In this document: in pieces, positions 18,787-28,304 of the stretch
Position numbering within the stretch: the first letter of the stretch is position 1
Layout of the letters: every line of letters starts with the position of its first letter
Assembly: GCA_040755755.1 (NCBI GenBank)
Contig: JBFLZW010000031.1
Span: 64,561 to 128,560, forward strand
Source of the DNA: a bacterium
GTDB lineage: Bacteria; SZUA-182; DTGQ01
Direction of reading: 5' to 3'
DNA: 64,000 nt
Notes under the pieces: model-generated
The model's input: the letters and a program-made list of their open reading frames with translations, nothing else
Told to the model about the DNA's origin: nothing
Database searches by the model: none
Program-made: the position numbers and the translations under genes

Positions 18787-19968
18787 GTGTTTCATATCGC
18801 CACTGAGGATGAGATCAAGGCCGGGGCGGTCACGGATGTTTATTTCCAGCGCACTGAAGAAATCCTGCGGCATGAAGGGATCAATCACCAGGTTGTAGCC
18901 GAGGTGACCATGAAGGATGCTTCCCCAGGATGGAATTGGGGGATTCTGGCCGGCACGGAAGAAGTCACCCGCCTGCTGGAGGGGCTGCCGGTCAATGTCT
19001 GGGCCATGTCCGAAGGGACCCTGTTTGGCCTGGAGCAGCCGGTTCTGGTCATCGAAGGGAAATACCTTGATTTTCTAAAGTATGAAACCTCCCTGCTCGG
19101 CCTCCTCTGCCAGGCTTCCGGAATCGCCACCAAATCCTCCCGCTGCCGCAAGGCAGCCGGAAACCGGATATTAGCCAGTTTCGGAGCACGCAGAATGCAC
19201 CCCGCCATTGCTCCCATGATCGAGCGCAGCGCCTTTATCGGCGGATGTGATGGCGTGGCGGTAATCAAGAGCGCCGAGCTCATTCATGAGCTGCCGGTCG
19301 GAACCATGCCCCATTCGCTGATTCTGATGCTTGGAGACACCGTCAGCGCCTGTCGTGCCTTTCACGAAACCATTGACCAGCAGATACGGCGGGTAGCCCT
19401 GATCGATACCTTCTGCGATGAAAAAGAGGAGGCCCTTCGGGTAGCCGGGCAGCTTGGTCAGAACCTGTTTGCCGTTCGTCTGGATACCCCTTCCTCCCGC
19501 CGGGGCAACATGCGGCAGATCCTTGAGGAAGTCCGGTGGGAATTGAATCTGCGGGGCTTCCAGCACGTTAAATTATTTGTCAGCGGAGGGATCGATGAGC
19601 GCAGGATCCTTGAGCTCAACCCGGTGGCTGACGCCTATGGCGTGGGGACCGCCATCAGCAACGCCCCGGTTTCGGATTTCGCCCTCGATATTGTAGAAGT
19701 CGCAGGCAAGCCGATAGCCAAACGAGGGAAAAAATCTGGCCGGAAAACGGTGCTGCGATGCCCTGACTGCTTTCAGACTCAAGTCCTGGCCGCAACCGCT
19801 GAAGGCCTCGGCATTGCTCAACAGGAAGTCATCTGCTCCTGCGGAACCCCTCTTGAACCCCTCCTCACCCCGCTCATCCACCAGGGAAACGTAGTCCGCC
19901 CCCTTCCCTCACCCCAGGAAATCCGCTCCTTCGTCCTCCGGCAACTTGAGCAGGTGACGTTAGTCTAG
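18787..19968 (+). CDS. nicotinate phosphoribosyltransferase, archaeal/short type, with C-terminal Cys4 zinc ribbon
   Basis: NAPRTase-family core (DVYFQRT, ASFGARRMH, LDTPSSRRG) and a C-terminal CPDCF...CSCG ribbon. The stop TAG at 19966-19968 lies in the CTAG target duplication of the downstream element. Confidence 0.75.
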   Translation: MFHIATEDEIKAGAVTDVYFQRTEEILRHEGINHQVVAEVTMKDASPGWNWGILAGTEEVTRLLEGLPVNVWAMSEGTLFGLEQPVLVIEGKYLDFLKYETSLLGLLCQASGIATKSSRCRKAAGNRILASFGARRMHPAIAPMIERSAFIGGCDGVAVIKSAELIHELPVGTMPHSLILMLGDTVSACRAFHETIDQQIRRVALIDTFCDEKEEALRVAGQLGQNLFAVRLDTPSSRRGNMRQILEEVRWELNLRGFQHVKLFVSGGIDERRILELNPVADAYGVGTAISNAPVSDFALDIVEVAGKPIAKRGKKSGRKTVLRCPDCFQTQVLAATAEGLGIAQQEVICSCGTPLEPLLTPLIHQGNVVRPLPSPQEIRSFVLRQLEQVTLV

Positions 19969-20581
19969 GTAGTGTATGCAAAGCCTGTAATTTATGTTAA
20001 GTCTTTGATATAATGAAAGTATGGAGAAGAACAACAGAGGAGAATTAACCGATGGACAATGGGAGAGGCTGAAGGCATTGCTTCCCCCACAAAAACCAAA
20101 GACAGGGAGACCTGTGGCGTAAGGCTGGTGTCTGGGACAAGATATTTTCTGTCCTCCAGGCACAGGGTGAGGCTCAAGGTGCTATAGAGTGGGAGGTGAA
20201 CTTTGTTGATAGCACCATCATCAGAGCCTACCAGCATGCGGCTGGGGCAAAAGGGGAGACCAATCCACAGAGGCTCTTGACTACAGCCAGGGGGGATTCA
20301 GCACCAAGGTACACCTCAGATGTGGTTATGAGTTTACCCCAGGAGGTATAAGGAATCTCCAGAGGTCGGAGTAAAGATTTTCCCACAAGCTGGTTCAGCA
20401 AGGAGAGAGGTCTATACTTTATCCCCTGCTGCTAAGGCCACCTCCCTTTCAGGGACTCACTTGTGTTCGCCGCCTTGACAGCGCTTTCGTTTCGCGTAAA
20501 GGGCTGCTCAAGTGGTGCAGAGAATTTTCTTTATCGGTGGCTATGGAAACCCGTTTACCACTGAGGCTTTGCATACACTGC
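19969..20581 (+). mobile_element. IS5-family-derived miniature, non-autonomous element with degraded transposase N-terminus
   Basis: 18-bp terminal inverted repeats (GTAGTGTATGCAAAGCCT / AGGCTTTGCATACACTGC, one mismatch) flanked by a direct CTAG duplication (19965-19968 and 20582-20585). Internal frames give MEKNNRGELTDGQWERLKALLPPQKPKTGRP (IS5/IS427-group N-terminus), then stops and frameshifts. Confidence 0.6.
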
Positions 20582-20681
20582 CTAGAAACAGTAGGAATAG
20601 GGAATAAAGAAAAGTTTATATGAAGTCATGTTCAAACATTCAACCATTGACTTACAAAAATTAGAAAAAGGAGGATTAAAA

Positions 20682-20897
20682 ATGGTTGATAGCATTGATG
20701 TCCATGATTTACCGGAAGAGGAAGTTAAATTTATTCAGGAATTCACAGAGTTTATAAGACAGAAAGTAAGGAGCAATAAAGTGCAAAAAGGAGAAGAAGG
20801 GATAGAAGAAGAGATAACAGAAGAAAAAGCCCTTACCGCCCATTCTTCAAATGTAATTGGTAAACTTACGAGAAGAGAAATCTATGACTACCTCTAA
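20682..20897 (+). CDS. putative antitoxin of a VapBC-like pair
   Basis: 71-aa acidic ORF with strong RBS (AAAGGAGGA). 14-nt overlap with the downstream PIN gene. Low-GC islet. Confidence 0.45.
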   Translation: MVDSIDVHDLPEEEVKFIQEFTEFIRQKVRSNKVQKGEEGIEEEITEEKALTAHSSNVIGKLTRREIYDYL

Positions 20898-21327
20898 TCT
20901 TGCACTCTTGGATAGTAACATTCTCATTTATAGACATCAGGCTCTTTCGGAGTTTCACACCAGGACAAGAGCACTGTTAAGGAAAGGATTTAAAGGTGAT
21001 TTGCTTCTTGGTATCTGTCCTCAGGTTCTCAATGAATTTTATGCGGTAATTACCAATCCCAGACGGGTGACCGATCCTATATCGCCAGCAGAGGCGGTTA
21101 GAGAAATTGAGACATACATTAAAGCTAAAAATATCATAAAAGTATATCCTAAAGAGGATATCTTTGATGTAACTATCCATCTCTTGAAAACCTATAAGAT
21201 CAACGATAGAGATATTTTTGACCTGCAATTAGTGGCTACGATGATCTCTAATGATATTACCTGCCTTTATCCATATAACCAAAATGATTTTTCCAGATTT
21301 AAAGAGATAGAAGTATTAACACCGTAG
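20884..21327 (+). CDS. vapC: PIN-domain toxin (VapC-like)
   Basis: LALLDSNILIYR at the N-terminus, a conserved acidic residue in DIFDLQLVATM, ~145 aa. Confidence 0.7.
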   Translation: MTTSNLALLDSNILIYRHQALSEFHTRTRALLRKGFKGDLLLGICPQVLNEFYAVITNPRRVTDPISPAEAVREIETYIKAKNIIKVYPKEDIFDVTIHLLKTYKINDRDIFDLQLVATMISNDITCLYPYNQNDFSRFKEIEVLTP

Positions 21328-21496
21328 ATTATAGACTTTCTCCCCGTTGGTTGCCTTAACCGTCCACAAGGAAAGCGGTATCGTGCTGCCGCAGTCCAAA
21401 GCGGCTGCCGCTGCTTTTTGCCTTGTTCGTTTGCAAAAAGATGAGGAACCTGTGCCTGGCAAGGAGGATTGAACCCTTACCTTACCCCATCCCCCT

Positions 21497-23281
21497 CTAA
21501 CAGCTCCACTGCCCGCGGTTTCTGATGGCCTGGAAGCGGTGCCAGATCTCAATGAGGAACCAGTTTTTCAGGATCCATCCGATATTCATCCGCAGCAGGC
21601 GGGTGGGCCATTCGAGCTCTTTTTTCTCACAGATGGTGTTTTCACTCAGCTTGCGGACCCTGGCTTTGAGCTTCTGCATTTGCCGGTCCCGCTCGGCATC
21701 GTCGGATATCAGCATGATGTCGTCGATCTCCTTCATGGCCTTGATGGCCAGTTGCATCCGCTTCTCCGTCCGCTCGGCCTTTTTCGGATTTATCAGGCCA
21801 TAGCGGGCCTTCAGGCGGTTGAGGATCATTCCGGCCTCATAGGAGCTGTCGACGATCTCGCTTCTGGTCATCCACCTGGTTTCGTAGCTCAAGACATATT
21901 TCCAACTGGGGCTTTCCATTGCCCGGCGATGCTCTTCCACCGTGCGGCAGAGGATTTTGTAGCCGAATTTTTCGGGATCCTCGTAGGCCTCGCTCCCCGG
22001 ATCGATAAAGGGGGCATAGGGAGAGATAAAGGGGATCAGCCGTCTGGTATGGCCAAATCGTTCCAGCAACAGGCGGCAGTAGTCAACGGTGTTCAGAACC
22101 GACTGATAGGTCTGCTTTGAAAGGCCGATCATGAAAAAAAGGTCGATGCGCCGGCAGCCAAGGCGCAGCGAGGTATCGATCATCCGCTCCAGTTCCTCGT
22201 TGCCGTAGGGGCGGCCAAAGGTCCTTCGGACCTCTTCATCGTGGGATTCAGGGGACATTTCGATATTGAAGTTTGGCACTGCATCGGCTATCATTTCGAG
22301 GATATCGTCGGCGGGCGGGACAAAGAACTCCACGGCTACGGGATTGCGGATTTTCTGTTTCTTCAGCTCCTTCAGCAGCCGCAGGGCATACTGACGGCCC
22401 GGCTGCATCATGTCGCCGATGATGATGATCGGGGCATTCAGGTTGTTGTCGATGGTCTTCATGTCCCTGGCCAGCAATTCAGGATCCCGGTAGGCGGGCT
22501 TGGGGCGGTTGCAGTTTTTCCGGAAGGCGTAAGCCGCTCCTCCGCAGGTCCGGCAGGTGTGGGTGCAGCCCCGGACATTGAAAACCGCCGTAGCAGGATA
22601 GTTCAGCCAGTTCTGGTAGGGAGTATATCCGTGGAGGTCACGGTATCGCATGACCTTTTTCATGATATGGGAATAATCGATTTTAATGTCGTCAAGATCG
22701 GCCGGTACATTGGTCAGGGGATTGACCTGCACCTTTCCCTGACTGTCCCGCCAGGTGAGGTTGGGAATATGGTCAACCTTGGGGGCAGTGTGGCCATCGG
22801 CTTCCTTGAGCGCCGAGATGAGCTGGCGCAGCGGCTCCTCGGTCGAGTCTCCCCGCATGACGTAGTCGATCTGGGGATAGCAGCGGATCAGTTCTTCATG
22901 GAAGTAGGTGGAAGAAAGCCCTCCGAAGATAACCGGTGTTGCGGGATGGTATTTTTTTACAATCTCAGCCAGAGCAAGACTCCCCTGGACATGGGGCATC
23001 CAGTGCAGGTCGATACCGAAGATGCGGGGATGGAGGTTTTTAATCTCCTCTTCCACATTGTATCGTTTGCTTCGCAGCATCTTCAGGGCGATGTTGATGA
23101 TCCGGACATGGAATCCGAACCGGCTGAGGTATTCGGAAATGCTGGTAAAGCCGATCGGATACATCTCAAAAACCGGTGTCGAAGGAACCAGATCGCTGAT
23201 GGGTCCAAAGAGAATGGCTTTTTCTCGAAAATCATAAACGGTTGGCGGATGAAGCAATATCAAATCTGCTTCCTGTCTCAT
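21497..23281 (-). CDS. cobalamin(B12)-binding radical SAM protein (class B rSAM), function unknown
   Basis: 594 aa. N-terminal B12-binding-like domain (ADLILLHPP...PIGFTSISEYL...IFGG). CTHTCRTCGG matches the CxxxCxxC radical SAM cluster motif. The ATG overlaps the selB stop (ATGA). Confidence 0.8.
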   Translation of the reverse strand: MRQEADLILLHPPTVYDFREKAILFGPISDLVPSTPVFEMYPIGFTSISEYLSRFGFHVRIINIALKMLRSKRYNVEEEIKNLHPRIFGIDLHWMPHVQGSLALAEIVKKYHPATPVIFGGLSSTYFHEELIRCYPQIDYVMRGDSTEEPLRQLISALKEADGHTAPKVDHIPNLTWRDSQGKVQVNPLTNVPADLDDIKIDYSHIMKKVMRYRDLHGYTPYQNWLNYPATAVFNVRGCTHTCRTCGGAAYAFRKNCNRPKPAYRDPELLARDMKTIDNNLNAPIIIIGDMMQPGRQYALRLLKELKKQKIRNPVAVEFFVPPADDILEMIADAVPNFNIEMSPESHDEEVRRTFGRPYGNEELERMIDTSLRLGCRRIDLFFMIGLSKQTYQSVLNTVDYCRLLLERFGHTRRLIPFISPYAPFIDPGSEAYEDPEKFGYKILCRTVEEHRRAMESPSWKYVLSYETRWMTRSEIVDSSYEAGMILNRLKARYGLINPKKAERTEKRMQLAIKAMKEIDDIMLISDDAERDRQMQKLKARVRKLSENTICEKKELEWPTRLLRMNIGWILKNWFLIEIWHRFQAIRNRGQWSC

Positions 23282-25209
23282 GGTGCTTCCCTTCTTTTTT
23301 TCAAAATTCTTTTATCCCCCAGTCTCATAGTCAAATTCGAAGTGTCGAAATATTCGAGCAGAGCAATAGCGTACTTTCTGGAAAATCCGAATAAATCCTT
23401 AAACTCGGCTACCGAGATATCAGTTTTGTGCTGAAGATAGCTCTGCAGCTTCTGCTGGATCTGCGACAGGGCCTGCTGATGAAATAACAGTCCTTCTTTC
23501 AGCTTGATCAATGTGCCTTCGTCGATCAGGTGCTGGATCAGTCTGGCAACATCGATGCCGGACGCATGGCAGGTCTGTGCCACTTCATCGAGGCCCGGAG
23601 GCTGATAGCCTGCCTGGCGGCACATGTCCAGGATTTTGGCTTTCTGTTTTTCCTCCTCCGGGGTCAATCTGATCTGGTGAGTAGACAGGCTCAGGGTTTT
23701 CTCCTGGACAATGATTTTCCCCTGCTCCAGCAGCGAGGAAATGATCCGGGCATACAGCCGGGAATCAAGGTCCGGATGCAGGCGGACTTTCAGCTCCTCC
23801 CTGGACATTCCCGATTTCAGGGCAAACCGCTGGTGAAAGCTGGTCAAGGTGTCAATTGCCGCACTCACCAGGCCGTGGAAGACCTCCTGATGAATGACCC
23901 ATTGGTCGAGCGGATCGATGACAACAATCCGCTGCTTTGCCTGCAAATGTCCAAGATGACCGGCTATTCTGTCCTGATCGAGATTGAGGCGGGTTGTCAG
24001 ACGGGCATTGTTGATTCCCTGGATTCCCGCCTGACGGACGATGAATTCAAGGCGCGTCAGATCATCTCCCTCTTCCAGAATACGGAGCCCAGAAAGGACC
24101 GCCGCATCAGACCGCCGGTGCCGGGATGGAAGGTTGTCGATGATGTTTCCGCCTCCGATGGTGATGACCGGAGAATAGGAGCGCACCACAAAGCGGTCTT
24201 TGGCCATCAGGGCCAGGGGGGATTCGAGCTGGAATTGAACCAGGGCCTCCTGACCGGGTGCAAGCTCCTCCTCCTTGTCGAGCAGGACCGCTCTGGCCAG
24301 CACCTCCGATGTTCCGGCATGAAACCGCAGGCGGGCCCGGTTCTTCAGCGGATGAGGAGCGGACGGGAGAAGGGAAATTCGCCCGTCGAGAAGATAGGAG
24401 GCCTGCAAATGGGAAGGCAGTGATACCACATCCCCGCGGGTCAGGTCTGCCTTTTCCACGCCATGCAGGTTAATGGCCACCCGCTGTCCGGCCAGGGCCT
24501 CTTCCACCGACTGGTTATAGACCTGAATTCCCCGGATCTTGGCCTGTTTCCCGCCGGGGAATATTTCAACGGTCAGGCCCTTTTTCAAAGTCCCCGATAA
24601 GAGCGTACCGGTAACTACCGTCCCGAATCCTTTCATGGTGAATATCCGGTCAACCGGCAGCCGGCAGATACCTCCCGGATTCCGGGGCGAAACGCTTTTG
24701 GCCAGTTCTTCAAGGCCCTTGAGCAGAGCCGGGATCCCCTGGCCGGTCGTGGCCGAGACCGGAAAGATGGGGGCGTTTTCCAGGAAGGATTCCCGGACAA
24801 AACTCCTGACATCATCAAGGACCAGCTCCAGCCACTCCGGATCAACCATGTCTGTCTTGGTGACCACCACGATCCCCTTCTGGACCTGGAGCAGACGGCA
24901 GATATCGAAGTGCTCGCTGGTCTGGGGCATGACCCCTTCATCAGCGGCGATAATCAGCATCACCGCATCGATGCCGGTCACTCCGGCCACCATATGCCGC
25001 ACAAACCGCTCATGACCCGGCACATCGACAATGCCAAGGCGCTCTCCATCCGGCAGGTCCAGATGGGCAAATCCCAGCTCGATCGTGATTCCCCGCTCTT
25101 TTTCCTCCTTCAGCCTGTCCGTGTCAATGCCGGTCAAGGCCCGAACCAGGGTCGTTTTCCCATGATCAATGTGCCCGGCGGTCCCCAGGATAATCCACTT
25201 AGAGTCCAT
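23278..25209 (-). CDS. selB: selenocysteine-specific translation elongation factor
   Basis: GTPase motifs [22 protein letters not shown]. Long C-terminal winged-helix extension (~640 aa total). Start taken at MDSKW. Adjacent to selA. Confidence 0.9.
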   Translation of the reverse strand: MDSKWIILGTAGHIDHGKTTLVRALTGIDTDRLKEEKERGITIELGFAHLDLPDGERLGIVDVPGHERFVRHMVAGVTGIDAVMLIIAADEGVMPQTSEHFDICRLLQVQKGIVVVTKTDMVDPEWLELVLDDVRSFVRESFLENAPIFPVSATTGQGIPALLKGLEELAKSVSPRNPGGICRLPVDRIFTMKGFGTVVTGTLLSGTLKKGLTVEIFPGGKQAKIRGIQVYNQSVEEALAGQRVAINLHGVEKADLTRGDVVSLPSHLQASYLLDGRISLLPSAPHPLKNRARLRFHAGTSEVLARAVLLDKEEELAPGQEALVQFQLESPLALMAKDRFVVRSYSPVITIGGGNIIDNLPSRHRRSDAAVLSGLRILEEGDDLTRLEFIVRQAGIQGINNARLTTRLNLDQDRIAGHLGHLQAKQRIVVIDPLDQWVIHQEVFHGLVSAAIDTLTSFHQRFALKSGMSREELKVRLHPDLDSRLYARIISSLLEQGKIIVQEKTLSLSTHQIRLTPEEEKQKAKILDMCRQAGYQPPGLDEVAQTCHASGIDVARLIQHLIDEGTLIKLKEGLLFHQQALSQIQQKLQSYLQHKTDISVAEFKDLFGFSRKYAIALLEYFDTSNLTMRLGDKRILKKRREAP

Positions 25210-25307
25210 CCCAAAGCTCCATTCCAAATAAAGAAAAGACACCACACAGACACAGAGACACAGAGAAAAGCACAGGATGTCGCGGTGTCTTTATCTTTTT
25301 CAAGGTA

Positions 25308-26750
25308 TCACCTCGCATCGCTTCCCCACTGTTCGAGAATTTGTCTGCCTGCCTGGATAATCTCCGGCACATCCTCATCCTGAATGGTCCGCAGGCTCAA
25401 AAGAAACCGTCCATGATTGATGCGCCCCAGAACAGGAGGCTGATTCAGGCGAAACCGCTCCTCGAGCTGGTTGATTTCTTTTCCGGATGAGGAGATGGCC
25501 ACCGAAAGGGAAGGAATGTTGTGCAGGGGAAAGGAGCCGCCGCCCACCTGGGCATCGTCATCGACCATCTCGATACTGACAGTATCATCATCATGCCGGT
25601 CTGAGGCCAGACCTTCCAGTATCCGTCTCCCCCGCTCCTCAAGCTGCTGACGGGAGGCGGTGATCATGCGCAGGGTGGGAATTTTCTGCAGAACGTCCGG
25701 TTCCCGGTACAGCTTGAGCGTACTCTCAAGAGCGGCCAGGGTCATTTTGTCAGGCCGCACAGCCCTGGTCAGAGGATTTTTCCGCAGAAGTCCGGCATAT
25801 TTTCCCCTGCACAGGATAATCCCTGCCTGCGGCCCGCCCAGGAGCTTATCGCCGCTGAAGGTTACAATCTCTGCCCCCTGCTGAATGATCCGGGAAACAA
25901 GGGGCTCATCCAGCCCGTAAGGGGAAAGGTCGGCCAGCATGCCGCTTCCAAGGTCGCAGATGACGATCAGCCCCCGTTCCTTACCCAGGTGAACCAGTTC
26001 CGGAAGGCTTGTTTCTTCCGTGAAGCCCACAATCCGGAAATTACTGGGGTGTACTTTCAGAATGGCTGCACTGTCTGATGTAATCGCCTGCCGGTAATCC
26101 TCGATGCGGGTTTTATTGGTGGTGCCGACCTCCACCAGCCTGGCCCCTCCCTTTTTCATAACCTCCGGAACCCGGAAAGATCCGCCGATTTCTACCAGCT
26201 CTCCCCGGGAAACGATTACTTCCCGGGATTCGGCCAGGGTATTGAGAACCAGCAGAACCGCAGCCGCATTGTTATTTACCACCAGAGCATCTTCTGCGCC
26301 GGTCAGATGACAGAGCAGCCGGGTGATGGAATCCCCGCGCTTTCCCCTCTTTCCGGTCAGGAGGTCATACTCGAGGTTCGTGAAGCAACTGGCCGCCGTG
26401 GTAACCCTTTCCACCGCCTCACCGGCTAAAACAGCCCGTCCGAGATTGGTATGCAGAATAATCCCCGTAGCATTGATCACTCTTCCCAATTCAGCATACT
26501 GGGTTCTCTGAAAGTACAGGTCCACTTCTTCCAGGACAGAGCTTGCCGAAACCCGGAATTCTTCAAGCTCCTGCGGGCTGGTACAGGATAAAATCCACCC
26601 TCTTTTCCCATCAAGAACCTGCCTGATCCCCTCAACCAGAATCCACCTGGGATACCAGGAAAATCTTTCCCCCCTGGCTGCGGCATGGTGAAGGATTGAT
26701 TCCACCGAAGGTATCGATCTGAGGCAGGCAGTTTGCAATTCACTCAGCAT
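25308..26750 (-). CDS. selA: L-seryl-tRNA(Sec) selenium transferase
   Basis: 480 aa. PLP-fold core with GGSFRVPEV...GDKLLGGPQAGII, the SelA signature lysine region. Confidence 0.9.
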   Translation of the reverse strand: MLSELQTACLRSIPSVESILHHAAARGERFSWYPRWILVEGIRQVLDGKRGWILSCTSPQELEEFRVSASSVLEEVDLYFQRTQYAELGRVINATGIILHTNLGRAVLAGEAVERVTTAASCFTNLEYDLLTGKRGKRGDSITRLLCHLTGAEDALVVNNNAAAVLLVLNTLAESREVIVSRGELVEIGGSFRVPEVMKKGGARLVEVGTTNKTRIEDYRQAITSDSAAILKVHPSNFRIVGFTEETSLPELVHLGKERGLIVICDLGSGMLADLSPYGLDEPLVSRIIQQGAEIVTFSGDKLLGGPQAGIILCRGKYAGLLRKNPLTRAVRPDKMTLAALESTLKLYREPDVLQKIPTLRMITASRQQLEERGRRILEGLASDRHDDDTVSIEMVDDDAQVGGGSFPLHNIPSLSVAISSSGKEINQLEERFRLNQPPVLGRINHGRFLLSLRTIQDEDVPEIIQAGRQILEQWGSDAR

Positions 26751-26895
26751 ACAAGCCTGTAACAGTCAGATAATTAATTCATAAGGTGCCGGTAAATGTC
26801 AGTAATTACTTTTGGGACTATTCGTCTTATCTATAAAGGTATCACAGCCCGGCCAAAATCTCAAGGCTTGATTTGGAAGTCCCTGGAAAGTCTCA

Positions 26896-27963
26896 TCAGG
26901 CATCCGAGCGGCTTTCGCGCTCCGGCGGCATCAAAATATGATGCTTTTTCATGAAATATCCCAGGTTCCTTCGGTCAATTCCCAGCAGCTTGGCTGTTCT
27001 GCTTTTAACCCAATTGGCCCGGTCAAGGGCATTGAGGATTATGATTCTCTCGTACATCAATAACTGGTTTCGTAAATTAAGATCCTTGGCCAGCAGCTTC
27101 CTGTCCATCGGGATGCTTTCAGTCGGAGAGACCGCAGGCTGGTGATTCTCCCTGATATGGGCAGGAAGAATATCCGGATATATTTTATCCCTGCTTTCGA
27201 TAATCATGGCATTCTCGATAACATTTTTCAATTCCCGGATATTGCCCGGCCAGTCATACTTTACGAGCAGTTCCATAGCCTCGCTGGAAACTCCCTTCAC
27301 TTTAGTCTCCATTTCATTGCTGTTATGCTGAATGAAATGCTCCAGCAGGGAAGGGATATCCTCACGCCGATCTCTCAGGGGAGGAAGAAAAATAGTAATG
27401 ACGCTCAGCCGGTAATAGAGGTCTTCGCGGAAGGTTCCCTTTTGAGCGGCATCCTTGAGAATGACATTGGTCGTGGCGATAACCCGGACATCCACCTTAA
27501 TGGTTTTACTGCTTCCCACCGGCACGATCTCGTCTTCCTGGAGCACACGCAACAGCTTGGCCTGTCCGGCCAGCGGCATATTTCCAATTTCATCGAGCAG
27601 TATGGTCCCTTTATTGGCCAGCTCAAACCGGCCCTTTCGATCCGACAGGGCACCGGTATAGGATCCCTTCACATGACCGAACAGTTCACTTTCCAGCAAT
27701 GTCTCGCTTAAAGCCGCGCAGTTCACCTTGATAAAGGGCCGCCCATTCCGTAAACTGTGCTTATAAATCGCATTAGCCACCACTTCCTTGCCTGTTCCGC
27801 TCTCGCCCTGAACCAGTACTGTTGACTTTGTCTTGGCAATGATTCCAATCAGGCGGCAAATCTCTTTGATCTTCTCGCTCTTACCGATGATATCTGCTTG
27901 AACGTAATCCTGACCCATAATCAATACATCCCCCCGATCAATGTGAACAGGTTCCAGTTTCAT
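26896..27963 (-). CDS. sigma-54-dependent transcriptional activator lacking an N-terminal sensory domain (PspF-like architecture)
   Basis: 355 aa. AAA+ motifs GESGTGKE, GSYTGA, ESELFGH. C-terminal HTH (TAKLLGIDRRNLGYFMKKH). No receiver or PAS region. Confidence 0.85.
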   Translation of the reverse strand: MKLEPVHIDRGDVLIMGQDYVQADIIGKSEKIKEICRLIGIIAKTKSTVLVQGESGTGKEVVANAIYKHSLRNGRPFIKVNCAALSETLLESELFGHVKGSYTGALSDRKGRFELANKGTILLDEIGNMPLAGQAKLLRVLQEDEIVPVGSSKTIKVDVRVIATTNVILKDAAQKGTFREDLYYRLSVITIFLPPLRDRREDIPSLLEHFIQHNSNEMETKVKGVSSEAMELLVKYDWPGNIRELKNVIENAMIIESRDKIYPDILPAHIRENHQPAVSPTESIPMDRKLLAKDLNLRNQLLMYERIIILNALDRANWVKSRTAKLLGIDRRNLGYFMKKHHILMPPERESRSDA

Positions 27964-28304
27964 AAGGGATCTTTCTCGCGCACCTCCATAAGGTGAGCAA
28001 ATCCTATGCCAGCTTAAATTTTATCCCCCCCGCTCATTTTTATGCCCATAGGTGACTATAATTCTTCAGACAATCTATCCGACCTCATGAGGCTGCACGG
28101 CGCTCCAGACAACGGGAGAGAGCCGCCTGGCATGAAATAGATTTCATATATGAAAATATTTTCATACTAGTTCAGAAATAGTATATTTCCATTCATAGTG
28201 GCATTTTTACGAACTCACGGCTATCTTATCTGTTGATTTTCTGATCTCGATACGATAAACTAGAGTATTCTGATAGTATACTTTTTTCCCTTAACGCGAG
28301 GAGC

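Noticed and set aside
21497-23281. Possibility that the B12-radical SAM gene is itself a UGA-recoded selenoprotein
   Set aside because: The ORF terminates with TAG (plus-strand CTA at 21497-21499) and I found no in-frame TGA extension. A neighbourhood link to selAB is retained as a finding, but not recoding.
22241-24423. 397-aa and 297-aa plus-strand ORFs
   Set aside because: They are antisense to the radical SAM and selB genes and have low-complexity translations. The opposite strand has clear rSAM and GTPase motifs.
27964-28304. sigma-54 promoter in the NusG-paralog leader or upstream of selA
   Set aside because: The candidate TGGCA-containing sites (TGGCATGAAATAGAT, CGGCACCTTATGAATT) lack GC at the -12 position with correct spacing.
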